Below, piece by piece: positions 51,594 through 62,794 of a stretch of DNA of 64,000 nt. Source of the stretch: Methanotrichaceae archaeon (GTDB lineage: Archaea; Halobacteriota; Methanosarcinia; Methanotrichales; Methanotrichaceae); NCBI GenBank assembly GCA_963748825.1, contig CAVVKN010000010.1, positions 140,760-204,759 of the forward strand, read 5' to 3'. The notes under the pieces are model-generated. The model was not told the DNA's origin. It made no database searches and saw only the letters and a list, made by a program, of their open reading frames with translations. Every line of letters begins with the position of its first letter. Within the stretch, counting starts at the first letter, position 1. Made by a program: the position numbers and the translations under genes.

Positions 51594-52769
51594 TCACTTC
51601 GTTGACACGATCTTTATGACGTCCCCGTCCTTCAGCTCGTGCTTCTCTCCCAGCCTCATCTTCGTCTTGGCATCGATGGCGAAGAGGAAACTCTCACCGA
51701 TGTCGGAGTGTACCCGGAAGGCCAGATCGCGTGCCGTGCTGCCCCGCTTCATGAGGAAGGCATCGGGCAGGATCACGCCCTTTCTGTCCGTGAATTTGCC
51801 CTCATCCTCTACTGGATAGAGCACGATGTAATCCAAGAGCTCGAAGACGGCCCGGTTGATGCACTTCTGCACTCCCGTTCCGCCGTACTGCTTCATGAGC
51901 GCCCGGATCTTCTCCAGACCTGCCGTCTGAGCCTTGTTAAGCTGGCCCACGATCTCAAAGTCGGAGTCGCCAGGCTTGTATTTGATCAGCCCCGCCTTCT
52001 CGGCCATACGTAGGGCAATCTCAGCCGATCCGCTCACCGGTATTACCAGCTCTTCCTTCAATTCCAGCAGCTTTTTCACATACTCGGGAGGCGCTATGTC
52101 CATCTTGTTGGCCGCCAGAATCATGGGTTTGCTGTAGGCGCGAAGCATCCCGGCAAAGCGGAGCACATCCTCATCCTTCCAGCTGCCCAGATCTTTCTTC
52201 ATCTCCGACACAGCTCGACGGACCTGGCTGTCTGAGACCCCGGCGCCAGCCATCTGTTCTATGAGGACCTGCTCGGGCTTGCCTCCCACGCCTTTGTAGT
52301 TGCGCATCAGCTTGTCCCAGTTGCGCTTGAGAATGCCGTTTAGCCACATGCTGATCTCGTACTCCAGGAACTTGACATCGGAGACGGGATCGTGGTTGCC
52401 CAGGCCCACGGGATTGCCCTCCAAGTCCGTTCCGCCCGAGGCGTCCAGCACGTGAATAACTGCTTCCGCTACGCGCAGAGCATCCAGGAACTCATTGCCC
52501 AGGCCCTTGCCCAGATGGGCATCAGGCACCAGGCCAGCCACGTCAATCAGCTCGATGGCTATGAAGCGCTGGCCGTCCTTGCATCTGCCGCAGCCTTCCT
52601 TGATGCCCAGCTCCTTGCAGGGGCAGGGCGCGCGCACATAGGATACGCCGTGGTTGGCGTCGATAGTAGTAAACGGATAGTTGGCAATATCCACTTCTAC
52701 CAGGGTCGCTGCCTTGAAAAAGGTGGATTTGCCTGAGTTGGGCTTTCCAGCCAGACCGACGGAGAGCAT
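51594..52769 (-). CDS. ychF: Redox-regulated ATPase/GTPase YchF (Obg family)
   Basis: GKPNSGKST, NYPFTT, DVAGL and NKMD motifs; C-terminal TGS domain. Confidence 0.92.
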   Translation of the reverse strand: MLSVGLAGKPNSGKSTFFKAATLVEVDIANYPFTTIDANHGVSYVRAPCPCKELGIKEGCGRCKDGQRFIAIELIDVAGLVPDAHLGKGLGNEFLDALRVAEAVIHVLDASGGTDLEGNPVGLGNHDPVSDVKFLEYEISMWLNGILKRNWDKLMRNYKGVGGKPEQVLIEQMAGAGVSDSQVRRAVSEMKKDLGSWKDEDVLRFAGMLRAYSKPMILAANKMDIAPPEYVKKLLELKEELVIPVSGSAEIALRMAEKAGLIKYKPGDSDFEIVGQLNKAQTAGLEKIRALMKQYGGTGVQKCINRAVFELLDYIVLYPVEDEGKFTDRKGVILPDAFLMKRGSTARDLAFRVHSDIGESFLFAIDAKTKMRLGEKHELKDGDVIKIVSTK

Positions 52770-52824
52770 TTTTAATCAGTGTTCCTTCTCGATTATCTCT
52801 GACTTCTCTGACATCTCGTTCTCA

Positions 52825-53922
52825 TTAACGGATGATGCCGCTCACATTCATTTCGACGGATTTGCTCTCAAAACGGCTGACCTTTCCCGCGGCCAGCTTC
52901 TTAGCAAGAGCCAGACCCTTCTCGGAGACGGGCTTCTCCTGCACCGCGCCCGCGGAGAGCGTTGCCGCGTAGAGCTTCTCGCCTGCATCCGTGCGGGTGA
53001 GAACAGTAGACCAGCCCTCGCCCGAGCCCACACTGCCCACGGAGACGTCGGCCAGCTCGCTGGCAAAGTCAAAGCAGGGGCCGCATCCCGGGAATGTGAA
53101 CGCGTCCGTCTCCTCTATCTTGACCTCGTGAGCCTTGCCGGTCTTGTCGATTACCCGGAACATGCCCTTCTTGATCTCGAAGCGGGCCACATCCTTTGGC
53201 AAGAGCCCGAACCTGGCCTTAACCAGGCCCTTCATGAGCGCATCGTAGTCGAAGTTCTCCATGCAGAAGAGGCCGACCAAGAGCGCGATCTTATCCTGGC
53301 CGAACTGATAGGGCTCATCCAGAAGCATGACTTTTCGTAGCCCTTGAATCTGGCAGGGGGTACCCACAAAACCGATCTTCTTGTAGCCCTTCTCCAGAGC
53401 TTCCTTGACGGCATTGACGCTGTTGGATATGGTGTACTTGGTTCCGGTAGCGGCGCTAATCTCCTCGGCCGTGGTAGCCACGCGGGCCACAGTTCTCCAC
53501 TCTTCATCCCTGTCAGTGACAACGGCGCAGTCTATCATGCCCGACTGCAGAGCCTGCACCAGCAGAGCGGTGGCCAAGCCACCGTCTTGAGCCTTTCCTA
53601 GCGCAGGCTGTGCCTGAGCGGAAACGGCCTTCTTGTAGATTCCCAGGGCCTCGTCCGCATTTCGCGTCCGGCCGAAGAGCTTGGACTCCATTGCTCCCAT
53701 GTCCAGGAAGGTCCTGGGGCAGTAGGTGAAGCACAGGCCGCAGAGGGGATCGTAATTTACCAGGGCAGGCTTATTCTCAACGTGCTCAATTCTGGGGCAG
53801 AAGGCCTCGCAGGTGCCGCAGCGGCAGCAAATCTCCGACTTTATGACCTTATACTCCAGCTCTCCGAATCCACATTCCAGGTAAGTGGGCTCGGCAAACT
53901 TCTCCTTGGCAGCCATGATCAT
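52825..53922 (-). CDS. F420-binding FrhB/FpoF-family protein with N-terminal ferredoxin
   Basis: CCRCGTCEAFCP, CGLCFTYCP, QDGG, GTKY, VGTPCQ, GLFCMENF, CGPC and DVSVGSVGS motifs. Confidence 0.88.
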   Translation of the reverse strand: MIMAAKEKFAEPTYLECGFGELEYKVIKSEICCRCGTCEAFCPRIEHVENKPALVNYDPLCGLCFTYCPRTFLDMGAMESKLFGRTRNADEALGIYKKAVSAQAQPALGKAQDGGLATALLVQALQSGMIDCAVVTDRDEEWRTVARVATTAEEISAATGTKYTISNSVNAVKEALEKGYKKIGFVGTPCQIQGLRKVMLLDEPYQFGQDKIALLVGLFCMENFDYDALMKGLVKARFGLLPKDVARFEIKKGMFRVIDKTGKAHEVKIEETDAFTFPGCGPCFDFASELADVSVGSVGSGEGWSTVLTRTDAGEKLYAATLSAGAVQEKPVSEKGLALAKKLAAGKVSRFESKSVEMNVSGIIR

Positions 53923-53997
53923 GATCTCCGAAAGTTGGTGGCTTAAAGATACCTTCCGACCTAAAGCTTTTATGGTTCGAATGGTCTCAAGACTGCA

Positions 53998-54969
53998 ATG
54001 ATTCTGGGCCTGGATATAGGTGGTGCCAACACCAAAGCAGCAAGCTCGGATGGGCTATTCGCACAAAGCGTCTACCTGCCCCTCTGGAAGCATGCGCCGC
54101 TGGAAGAGGTGTTGAGACTCTTGGCCCTGCAAGAGCCCCGGGCGGTGGCGGCCGTCATCACCGGCGAGCTGGCCGACTGCTTCTCCACCAAGCGAGAGGG
54201 CATTTCAAGCCTTACTGCGACGATAAAACGGGCCTTCTCCTGCCCCGTCTATTTCTGGGGCACGAGGGGCTTTTCCTGGACGGACCTCCTGGAACTGGCT
54301 GCAGCCAACTGGTCCGCTTCCGCAGCCTTGCTGGCGCGCGAGGTAGGAGACTGCCTCTTCGTGGACATGGGCAGCACCACCACGGACCTCATTCCCATCC
54401 GGGGAGAGGCGTTGGCAGCGAAGACGGACTTTCTGCGCCTGGCAGCGGGCGATTTAGTCTACATGGGGATGCTGAGAACGAGGCTGGATGCCCTGCTGCC
54501 CGCGGCCAGGATTAGAGGGCAGAGAGTTCCGCTTGCGCCTGAATTTTTCGCCATCATCGCCGATGCCCGACTGGCTTTGGGCCGGATCTCGGAGGAGTGC
54601 TATGCCTGCGAGACCCCCGACGGAGCAGGAACGGACAGGGAAGCAGCGCTGCGCCGGCTTGCGCGCTCTGTGTGCGCCGACCTGGAGGAGATCGGCGAGG
54701 CCGGGGCCCTGGCCATAGCCGAGCAAGCCTGCGAGAGGCAGAAGAGTATTCTCGTGGTGGCCATGGAGAGGCAGGCGGAAAAGCACGGCCTGACAAAAGT
54801 AGCGGCGGCGGGGATTGGCGAGGGGCTGATCGCGGAGGCGGCGTCATTCCTGGGCCTGGAGTGCATTCGCCTGTCGGAGAGGTACGGGGCCGGAATATCG
54901 GATGTGTTCCCGGCCTACGCGGTGGCTAGGCTGGCAGAGACGGAGCTATCTAAAATTGACGGAACTTAG
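53998..54969 (+). CDS. mfnF: MfnF-like hydantoinase/oxoprolinase family protein (methanofuran biosynthesis)
   Basis: GLDIGGANTK, TGELADCF, AAANW, DMGSTTTD, TPDG and PAYAVA motifs. Confidence 0.8.
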   Translation: MILGLDIGGANTKAASSDGLFAQSVYLPLWKHAPLEEVLRLLALQEPRAVAAVITGELADCFSTKREGISSLTATIKRAFSCPVYFWGTRGFSWTDLLELAAANWSASAALLAREVGDCLFVDMGSTTTDLIPIRGEALAAKTDFLRLAAGDLVYMGMLRTRLDALLPAARIRGQRVPLAPEFFAIIADARLALGRISEECYACETPDGAGTDREAALRRLARSVCADLEEIGEAGALAIAEQACERQKSILVVAMERQAEKHGLTKVAAAGIGEGLIAEAASFLGLECIRLSERYGAGISDVFPAYAVARLAETELSKIDGT

Positions 54970-55234
54970 GGGCAGGCTATTACTATCAGGAATATGGATA
55001 TTACTATGATGACTATTCTTAGCTCAGAATGCGCCAATGCACATTTAATTAAATTTAAATAGTTAAAAATACAAGTAGTCTCTTGAGCCTTCCCCTGAGC
55101 AATCCCTTCAACTCGAAGGCTCAAGCTCCCTTTATATTCATTTCACTATTTTATTCGTCTCCCAACTCTTTCCGGCAGAATATCAATCCTTACGCTCTCG
55201 AGACAGCATGCTCTTGCACGCGCGGGCAGGCGGG
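54966..55234. repeat. ~270 bp direct repeat, copy 1
   Basis: Co-linear with 59600-59868; near-identical AT-rich first ~130 nt, conserved GAGCCTTC..GAAGGCTC stem, GC-rich end. Confidence 0.85.
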
Positions 55235-55386
55235 TTCGCAGGGTGCGGGACTGCCCTGTTCTAAAAAGACCCTCCGCAGCTTTTGCCGGACGACAGCAAA
55301 GAGACGAAGGTATGATCTTTAATTAGATTGAAGTGTCCAATAGTTATTGAAGCCAGAAATCCAGCAACACTATCTGTCGAGGTTTT

Positions 55387-57459
55387 ATGAAGATGTTTAG
55401 AAATTATCGCAATCCTGAAGGATTACATGCAGCACGATGGATACAAGCCCCCTCATGTCGGCAAGCTGGAATTGACCTCATAGTTTTAGGCTTATCAATC
55501 AGCTTATTGATTATTCTGCTTTTCGTCGGCATGGCTTATGCATCTAATGCAGCATCTCCTGCCGCATCTTCCAATGCATCTTCATATTCCAGCGGCCCCA
55601 CCGACGAAAAGGAGCTGGCGACCTTTATGGATGGGGTCGTGTCTGCCCAAATCATAGCTTACCACATCCCCGGCGCTACAGTGGCGGTGGTCAAAGACTG
55701 CCGGATCATCCTCTGCCAGGGCTACGGATATGCCGATATCGATAAACGGCAGAAAGTAGTGGCCAATCAGACCCTCTTTAGAGTGGGCTCGGTAAGCAAG
55801 CTCTTTATCTGGACAGCGGTAATGCAGCTCGCTGAGCAAGGAAAGCTGGACCTTGATGCTGATGTCAACATCTATCTCAAAGCCTTTAAGATTCCGGATA
55901 CTTTTGCGAAACCTATCACTCTCAAGAGCCTCATCTCCCATACCTCGGGCTTCGAGGATCTGGCGGCCGGCGGGCGAATATTTGTTCACAATGCCTCCGA
56001 TATCATTCCTCAAGAGGAATACCTGAAGGATAGGATGCCGGCCAGGGTGCGCCCTCCCGGAACTGTTACCGCCTACTCCAACTACGGCTCCACCCTGGCA
56101 GCATACATCGTTGAACAGGTATCGAAAAAGCCCTTTGAAGAATACGTTCACGAGAATATCCTGCTGCCTCTGGACATGAAAAACACCACTTACAAGCAGC
56201 CGCCCCAGCCAAATCTGGCTTCACACATGGCTAAAGGCTACCTTTACACAAATGATGCCTTCTCAGAAGAGCCTTTTGAGTTCCTGCAACCCTGGCCGGC
56301 AGGCTCGATGAGTTCAACCTCCGAGGACATGGCCAGGTTCATGATCGCCCATCTGCAAAACGGCAGGTATGATGATCGCCGCATAATGGATGAGGCCACA
56401 GCAGAGCGCATGCACAGCCGGCTCTTTTCTAACGACCCCAAGGTCAGCGGCATGGCTTACGGCTTTTATGAGATGGAGCTGAATAATCAAAGCATGATTT
56501 TGCACGGAGGCGATACCATTCTCTTCCACACGCAGCTTGTGCTTCTGCCGAAAAGCAACCTGGGTCTATTTGTGTCCTACAATAGCCCGAGCGGAGAGAG
56601 CGGAGAGCAGGCAGGCCAGGACCTCATGCGGGCCTTTATGGACCATTACTATCCGCCTGACGCTGAAGATCTGCATAAATCTATCTCCGGCTCTGGAGAA
56701 AACCTGACCCTCTTTGTGGGCAGCTACCGTCCGGCCAGAAGCGCCTTTACGACCTTCGAGAAGGCGGGAAACCTCTTTTCCCAGGTAAAGGTATCCACCG
56801 GCCCAAATGGTACTCTGTCAATTGCCCAGCCAGGCCAGGCTGCAAAGCAATGGATTGAGGTTGAACCTTCAGTCTTTTGGCCCGCAGACGGCACAGGCGA
56901 TAAGGCATCCTCAGAAAGACTGGTTTTCGGCAAAGACGGCCAGGGTGAGATAAATTATCTTTTCTTTGAAAATAATCCGACGACCGCCTATGAGAAGGTA
57001 GCCTGGTATGAAGAAGCCGGCTTTTCGTTTGATATCCTTGCCGTATGCATTCTCCTCTTCCTCTCCACTCTGATCTGGCCGCTGAGCTCAATATTCAATC
57101 GATGCTCTTCAAAGCAAGAGAGGTCCGTCAAACAGCAGAGGATGGCCAGAGCGGCCCGATGGCTGGCGGGAGGAGCCGGCATGCTTAACCTGCTATTTTT
57201 GATAGGACTGATATCTGTTGCCTCGGTCAGCCTGACAAGTGAGATAATATACTCTACACCTGCTTCATTGATAGCCCTGCTGACCATTCCCCTGTTCACT
57301 GCCATACTCGCTTTGGCATGCACGGCATTTTGTGCTTGGGCCTGGAAGAACGGCTATTGGAGTCTTAAAGGAAGGATTCATTATACCTCAGTGGTCCTGG
57401 CTCTGCTGACTTTCATATGGTGGCTGAACAACGGGAATCTGCTTGGCTATAAGCTGTGA
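55387..57459 (+). CDS. Serine hydrolase (class C beta-lactamase family), membrane-anchored
   Basis: SVSK (SxxK), SHTSG, YSNYG and HGG motifs; N-terminal signal/TM; about three C-terminal TM helices. Confidence 0.9.
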   Translation: MKMFRNYRNPEGLHAARWIQAPSCRQAGIDLIVLGLSISLLIILLFVGMAYASNAASPAASSNASSYSSGPTDEKELATFMDGVVSAQIIAYHIPGATVAVVKDCRIILCQGYGYADIDKRQKVVANQTLFRVGSVSKLFIWTAVMQLAEQGKLDLDADVNIYLKAFKIPDTFAKPITLKSLISHTSGFEDLAAGGRIFVHNASDIIPQEEYLKDRMPARVRPPGTVTAYSNYGSTLAAYIVEQVSKKPFEEYVHENILLPLDMKNTTYKQPPQPNLASHMAKGYLYTNDAFSEEPFEFLQPWPAGSMSSTSEDMARFMIAHLQNGRYDDRRIMDEATAERMHSRLFSNDPKVSGMAYGFYEMELNNQSMILHGGDTILFHTQLVLLPKSNLGLFVSYNSPSGESGEQAGQDLMRAFMDHYYPPDAEDLHKSISGSGENLTLFVGSYRPARSAFTTFEKAGNLFSQVKVSTGPNGTLSIAQPGQAAKQWIEVEPSVFWPADGTGDKASSERLVFGKDGQGEINYLFFENNPTTAYEKVAWYEEAGFSFDILAVCILLFLSTLIWPLSSIFNRCSSKQERSVKQQRMARAARWLAGGAGMLNLLFLIGLISVASVSLTSEIIYSTPASLIALLTIPLFTAILALACTAFCAWAWKNGYWSLKGRIHYTSVVLALLTFIWWLNNGNLLGYKL

Positions 57460-57512
57460 TTTTCTCCTTGGCGGTACCCGCTACAGAATGCTCCCCTGGC
57501 TGCCCCGCGTGT

Positions 57513-57792
<280 letters not shown>

Positions 57793-57878
57793 ATTACAAC
57801 TAGCAAATTTTATTTAATATTTAAAATTTAAGTCTGAGGAGCTGCAGGTTTTCTGCACTGGCTCCGCCGTCATGCAGG

Positions 57879-57904
57879 AAAGTTGGGGGAGAGGCCCCAA
57901 CTTT
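57879..57904. other. Perfect hairpin upstream of the nifH remnant
   Basis: AAAGTTGGGG-GAGAGG-CCCCAACTTT, 10-bp stem. Confidence 0.45.
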
Positions 57905-58224
57905 GAGGAATATGCTCTTGAAAAGGAGTGCTTGCCCCGTGTCTGTGGTCGTCTTCGCCGCCTCACCTCCAAGATAGCGGTGGGGCCGGGATTATAAGGA
58001 ATTATTTGAGAAGATGGCAGTGGATATCGGAATTGTGCAGCGGAATTGTGAAACGGTATGAAGAGCTTAATGAGAGGGGAGGCGGTCTTCGCAATTCGCG
58101 CCCGGATCTTGTGCTTTTCCTGTTGCCTTTGAACGCCTTTCGTGGATTATCACCAATTCATATCTCCACAGGAACGGAAAGCTCCTCAATTGCAGCACAT
58201 GCCCCAGGCTGACAGGCTTCAAGT

Positions 58225-58434
58225 GCCTTCAGATCAACCTCGCCCGCAGCGAGTGGCTTGGCAAGCAATCTTCCTTCATGAAAAGCCTTCATGATGCGAT
58301 CGATTTTTCTTTGAGTATCAAACAAATCCAGGGATGTTCTTGATTACTACTACCTGCTCACCAACTCTAGCGACAAATTCTGTTGTTCCTTCTCGCATTT
58401 TGCTCTTGCATAGAAGGCATTCACCAGGGTCCAT
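58225..58434 (-). pseudogene. YgiT/MqsA-type Zn-finger antitoxin, broken
   Basis: MDPGECLLCKSKMREGTTEFVARVGEQVVVIKNIPGFV*; second CxxC lost; the shifted frame continues RKIDRIMKAF. Confidence 0.7.
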
Positions 58435-58435
58435 T

Positions 58436-58612
58436 CTATTTCCTCCGCCTACTATTGATCCAATCATCTTCATTTGGCAAATATGCTGTTACTATTATCA
58501 GTCGATCTTTGCAGATTGCCACAACCATATGATGCGGTATTCCTCTTGTCTGCCCTAACATCAGCACGGCGGGGCAGCGATAATTATCATGATATTCCTC
58601 TATTATCTCTCC
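58436..58612 (-). pseudogene. DUF4258 toxin-like protein, C-terminal fragment
   Basis: GEIIEEY.D....P..L.LG...HMVVA.....IIVTAY.P....W pattern; N-terminus replaced by unrelated GC-rich DNA. Confidence 0.7.
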
Positions 58613-58767
58613 AAGGCCGCAAGCCCACACGAGCACACGCACGAGTGCCTGCATGCGCTCACCTGGCGGCTCTGCCATCAGCTCCCGCAATCCACATCTC
58701 AGCCAGCACCGGTGAATTCGCAGTGGCGCAAGGTATATTTTCCTTCATCTCTCAATAGAAGCATAAC

Positions 58768-59025
58768 ATGTTCTCTGAATATATCGAGGCTGCTCTAGAA
58801 CGGGCTGTTTACAAGACTATCGATGATGAGGAACCTATCTTCGTCTCGGTACCCGAACTTCAGGGCGCTTGGGCAACAGGCAAGACCATTGAGGAGGCCC
58901 GCAAAGAGCTCATCTCGGTTATCGAAGGCTGGATAGCACTCAGGCTCCGCATGGGACGGTCCATTCCACCAATAGGCGGGCATGTGATAACTGCATCAAT
59001 AGAACCGGTGACTGCAATTGAGTAA
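58768..59025 (+). CDS. hicB: HicB family antitoxin
   Basis: VPELQGAWATGKTIEEARKEL..VIEGWI motif. Confidence 0.88.
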   Translation: MFSEYIEAALERAVYKTIDDEEPIFVSVPELQGAWATGKTIEEARKELISVIEGWIALRLRMGRSIPPIGGHVITASIEPVTAIE

Positions 59026-59238
59026 ACTTGTGCCGGTTTCAAGAGCCAAGCTCATCAAGCGATTGAAAAAATAGGATTCGAAGGACCATTTCCAGGTTCG
59101 GATCACGATTACATGGTCCGCGGAGACAATTTCGTGCGCATACAAAACCTCCATAAACGAGAGATCGGTGCAAATCTCATATCAGAGATTCTTCGGGAAG
59201 GTGGGATCTCTCGTAATGAGTGGCTTTCGGCAGATTAG
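59018..59238 (+). pseudogene. hicA: HicA family toxin, frameshifted
   Basis: MSKLVPVSRAKLIKRLKK* continues in a shifted frame as GFEGPFPGSDHDYMVRG..IGANLISEILREGGISRNEW; one base missing at the A6 run. Confidence 0.8.
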
Positions 59239-59599
59239 CCCTAATTTTTGTTGGTAGCATACATCATCTCTTGCATCCTTCGTGCCTTTGTGGTTGGTCG
59301 TTGCTGCTTAGTTATAATTATCAGCTAATAGTATTAGCAAACTGCCATTGTTTCCCAAAATCCAGCACCCGGAAAACTTCCTTACCTGAGGCAGGCACAT
59401 CAGGCTCTCAGGCCCGACCGGTCTCCAGGCCCCCGAGCACGAGCACTTGCCAGACAAGATGGCCCGCCCTGACAACGACGGCAAGCCCGGACGGCCCGGC
59501 CCACGGGCGGCAGCCCTGCGCGCGCGGGCAGACGGGCACGTGGCCTCCCACGGTGGACAGGTGGCCCGGGAAAGCCGCAAGAAATGAAAAGAGGACATG

Positions 59600-59868
59600 T
59601 TAGGATCAAGCTATTACTATCCGGAGTATGGATATTACTATGATGACTATTTCTAGCTCAAAATGCGCCAATGCACATTTAATTAAACTTAAATAGTTAA
59701 AAATACAAGTAATCTCTTGGAGCCTTCCCAAGAGTCAATCCCTTTCGCCCCGAAGGCTCATACTCCCTTAAGATTCTATCACGATTCTTATTCATCTTCC
59801 AACTCTTGCCTGCATGGCCTCAATCTCGCGCTCTGCGGGCAGCGGGCTCCCGTGCGCGAGCAGGCGGG
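59600..59868. repeat. ~270 bp direct repeat, copy 2
   Basis: Co-linear with 54966-55234. Confidence 0.85.
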
Positions 59869-59931
59869 AAGGATAGAAGGGCAGCTAATTTATATTTATT
59901 GGAAAATTTTAGAAATTTAAATTGCATAAAG

Positions 59932-59971
59932 TGAAACGGCAGCGCACCTGCGAAGCAAGCTGCTGGGTATT
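59932..59971 (+). repeat. REP-like repeat copy 4
   Basis: tgaaacggcagcgcacctgcgaagcaagctgctgggtatt. Confidence 0.65.
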
Positions 59972-60011
59972 ATGAAATTAAAGCTATTGATGAATATCTC
60001 CTTAGAAGTGC

Positions 60012-60563
60012 TTAAAGTAGCCCCATGTTCTCAAGCTGCCTCCTAACGATCTGCTCGCCTTCTTCGCACTCCTCCGGTGATTTGCCGCCCGTGATCACCA
60101 GTTTGCCTGAGCTGAAGATGAGCACTACTACCTTGGGTTTCTTGATCCTGTAAACTAGCCCTGGAAACTGCTCCGGCTCGTACTCGATGTTCTCCAGGCC
60201 CAGGCCCAGGGCGACGGCGTTTAAGTTCAAGTCCGTCTTCAGATCTGCGGAGGCCACAATATTCTGAACATGGATCTCGGGCTCCATATCGATCATCTCG
60301 AAGCCGATTGACTTGAGCGTCTTGGCCAGGGTGGTGATGACCGTGCGAACATCCTCGACGTTCTTGGATCCGGTGCATACTATCTTGCCAGAAGTGAATA
60401 TGAGAAAAGCAGCTTTAGGGGCCTTGACTCTGTAGACGAGACCGGGAAACTTTTTCTTATTGTACACCGCACCCTCCAGCTCGGTTTCGATCTTGGGCAG
60501 ATCGAATGCTTCCGCCAGCTTGGTAGATGCCACCACATTCACGATATCTATTGTGGACTTCAT
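60012..60563 (-). CDS. tbp: TATA-box binding protein
   Basis: Two repeats [24 protein letters not shown] and [29 protein letters not shown]. Confidence 0.97.
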   Translation of the reverse strand: MKSTIDIVNVVASTKLAEAFDLPKIETELEGAVYNKKKFPGLVYRVKAPKAAFLIFTSGKIVCTGSKNVEDVRTVITTLAKTLKSIGFEMIDMEPEIHVQNIVASADLKTDLNLNAVALGLGLENIEYEPEQFPGLVYRIKKPKVVVLIFSSGKLVITGGKSPEECEEGEQIVRRQLENMGLL

Positions 60564-60626
60564 ACGCACGTAATATCCAAACCATTCTTTATAAAGTGCC
60601 GCATTGGGCCTATGGTGAGCCCTGAA

Positions 60627-60666
60627 TGAAACGGCGGCACACCCGCTCAGCAAGCTACGGGGTATT
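60627..60666 (+). repeat. REP-like repeat copy 5
   Basis: tgaaacggcggcacacccgctcagcaagctacggggtatt. Confidence 0.7.
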
Positions 60667-60832
60667 CATTTTAAATTTAGAACAAAAAAGCTCTTTGAGC
60701 TTCATAATTTCAGTTACAGGCGAGGAGGTTTCAGCGGCGAATAGGCACAAACTCTTGCTTCCTGCTTCCTGCATAGTCAGTATCTCAGCTAACCTTGGCA
60801 TGGCAATAGAATTTGAATAAATATCGATGATA

Positions 60833-61444
60833 TCAAGGAATGCCTCTCATTAACCGATCTTCTTCTTCCAGCTTAAGAAGAGCTTTTTTTCTTCTGCTGT
60901 ATGTAACAAAGGAAATTACGGCTGCAATCGCGATGGAGCCGAAGAGGGCCGCCATAGAGATCATAATTGATGAGAATATGCCTTCAACGATGCCTTTTCC
61001 TATAGCCAGTACGATCTCGGCCCCTTCCCTTCCTGAATACGACGTATTAATCTGATAGATGCCGGCACGTTGAGCTGTGAAAGCCATTATGGACCGGCCG
61101 CTTCGACTGCCCAGGCTGTAGGTGAAGCTGCTATTTACCGGATAGGTGGCCAAATCAAGGCCGGTGGATTTTTCCCGCACATGGATCTCCAGACCCGATA
61201 TTTGCTCGCTCGTGCTGTAGAACTTGCCGTTCATGTAGCTGTTGTTCTCGTAGAAGATGACGTATTCGCCCGGCTCTGATATATTCAGGTTCGCATCTCC
61301 TGGTGCTGCAATCTGCAAGAGGCCGCTTTCTGCGTCAGTTATGCCGAAGTAGATGGACCCGGCAAACGCGGCAAATCCTATGAATATTATCAGCACGGCC
61401 AGGCCATAGTACCAAATGCCTGGCTGAACATTATTGCTATTCAT
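60833..61444 (-). CDS. Hypothetical membrane protein (2 TM, extracellular beta domain)
   Basis: TM helices at both ends; ATGA overlap with the photolyase stop codon. Confidence 0.75.
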   Translation of the reverse strand: MNSNNVQPGIWYYGLAVLIIFIGFAAFAGSIYFGITDAESGLLQIAAPGDANLNISEPGEYVIFYENNSYMNGKFYSTSEQISGLEIHVREKSTGLDLATYPVNSSFTYSLGSRSGRSIMAFTAQRAGIYQINTSYSGREGAEIVLAIGKGIVEGIFSSIMISMAALFGSIAIAAVISFVTYSRRKKALLKLEEEDRLMRGIP

Positions 61445-62794
61445 TGAGTGTAACTCCATTTGCTGATGTAAGCCTTCACATCGAATTTGCTCTTTGCGCC
61501 ATTGTAGTTCATGTAGCGCACCTTGCCAAAGATCGTCCTTTCCTTCCAGGCTCGATCATGAACACCGCCCAAGCTCCAGGCAATTCCCGCATAGCCGTTT
61601 GGATCCCTGCCGTCCAGTTCATACCGGTCGTTAAGGTAGATGACTGCGACTTGAGCCGCCGCGGGCGACTCCGTCCACTCCAGGATCTTTTTGGCCCAGT
61701 ACATCCTCATGTATCCGTGCATCTTTCCAGTTCGGAGCATCTCCTGCTGGGCCGCATTCCACAGGTCGTCGTGGGTGCGGGCCCTCTCCAGTTCTTGCAG
61801 AGTATAGAGGTATTCTCTTCTGTCCTTTTCATGCTCACTTAAACTCGTTTTTGCCCAGCCAGGAAAGCCCTGCATGTCATCGTAATGCTGGTTGTAGTAG
61901 CAGAAGTTGTCCGACAATTCCTTTCGCACTATCATCTCTTCTAAAAATGCTCCGGCGTCTTTCATGCTCTTCAAAACCTCCAGGGCGATACGTTGAGCTG
62001 ATATCTGGCCGAAGTGCAGATAAGGAGAAAGGCCGGACTGGCCGTCTTTATTGGGATCATTTCTGTCCCTTTCATAACCGTCCAGCTTATGCTCCAGGAA
62101 ATTGCCCAGTTGCTTCATAGCCGCCGCCTCTCCCGGCATGATCCATTTTGCTTCCGGTGCAGCATCTGCTTTGAGAAATCCTTGCGCTGCAGTCCAATCA
62201 TTCTCGATAGTGCCATTCCCGGAGGGAGAATTCCTTTCCGGGCTCTTTTGCGAGACCGGGAATTCATCGAGAAATTCAAAGAGAAGACGGTGCACTTTGG
62301 GACGGAAGCTGTAGGCAGCCCACTCCTGTTTGGGAGAGGCAAACCAGCAAGGAATGATGTTGTGGGCATCTACCTCGTAAAAGGGAATTTCAATCTCGTC
62401 GGCAACCGCGCTCTTCCATTCCCGGCTTTGACGCAGAGGGCGAAAAGTCAGAGACCAGAGCTCCTGCACCCAATTCGCTCAGCAAGCGCGCCATCTCTTT
62501 GCCGGGATCGCCCTGGAGAAGGAAAAAGGGAATATTCAGGGCCTGTAGGTTCTTTTCCACCTCTTTTAGGCCTTGCAGCAGAAAACGATACTGCCTGCTG
62601 GTCGCACCCAGAAACTGGGGAACCAGGCAGAAGGCCACAGCAAGATGTGAATCGTGCTTTTGGGCCAGTTCCTTTGCATAGAGCAGAGCCCAGTTGTCGT
62701 TAACACGCTGGTCGCGGCTCATCCAATAGATAACAGGGCCTTTCGTTTGGCTCTCTTTCTTCAAGGCCCTTATCCTTTTGGGATTGACGAGCAT
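61441..62794 (-). pseudogene. phr: Class II CPD photolyase, frameshifted near 62440
   Basis: N-part YWMSRDQRVNDNWAL; C-part [55 protein letters not shown]; one extra base in the run at 62438-62440. Confidence 0.88.

Noticed and set aside
59390-59600. GC-rich tract as SRP or RNase P RNA, or a real ORF
   Set aside because: Lacks the SRP helix-8 and RNase P P4 signatures; overlapping ORFs are low-complexity with no family motifs.
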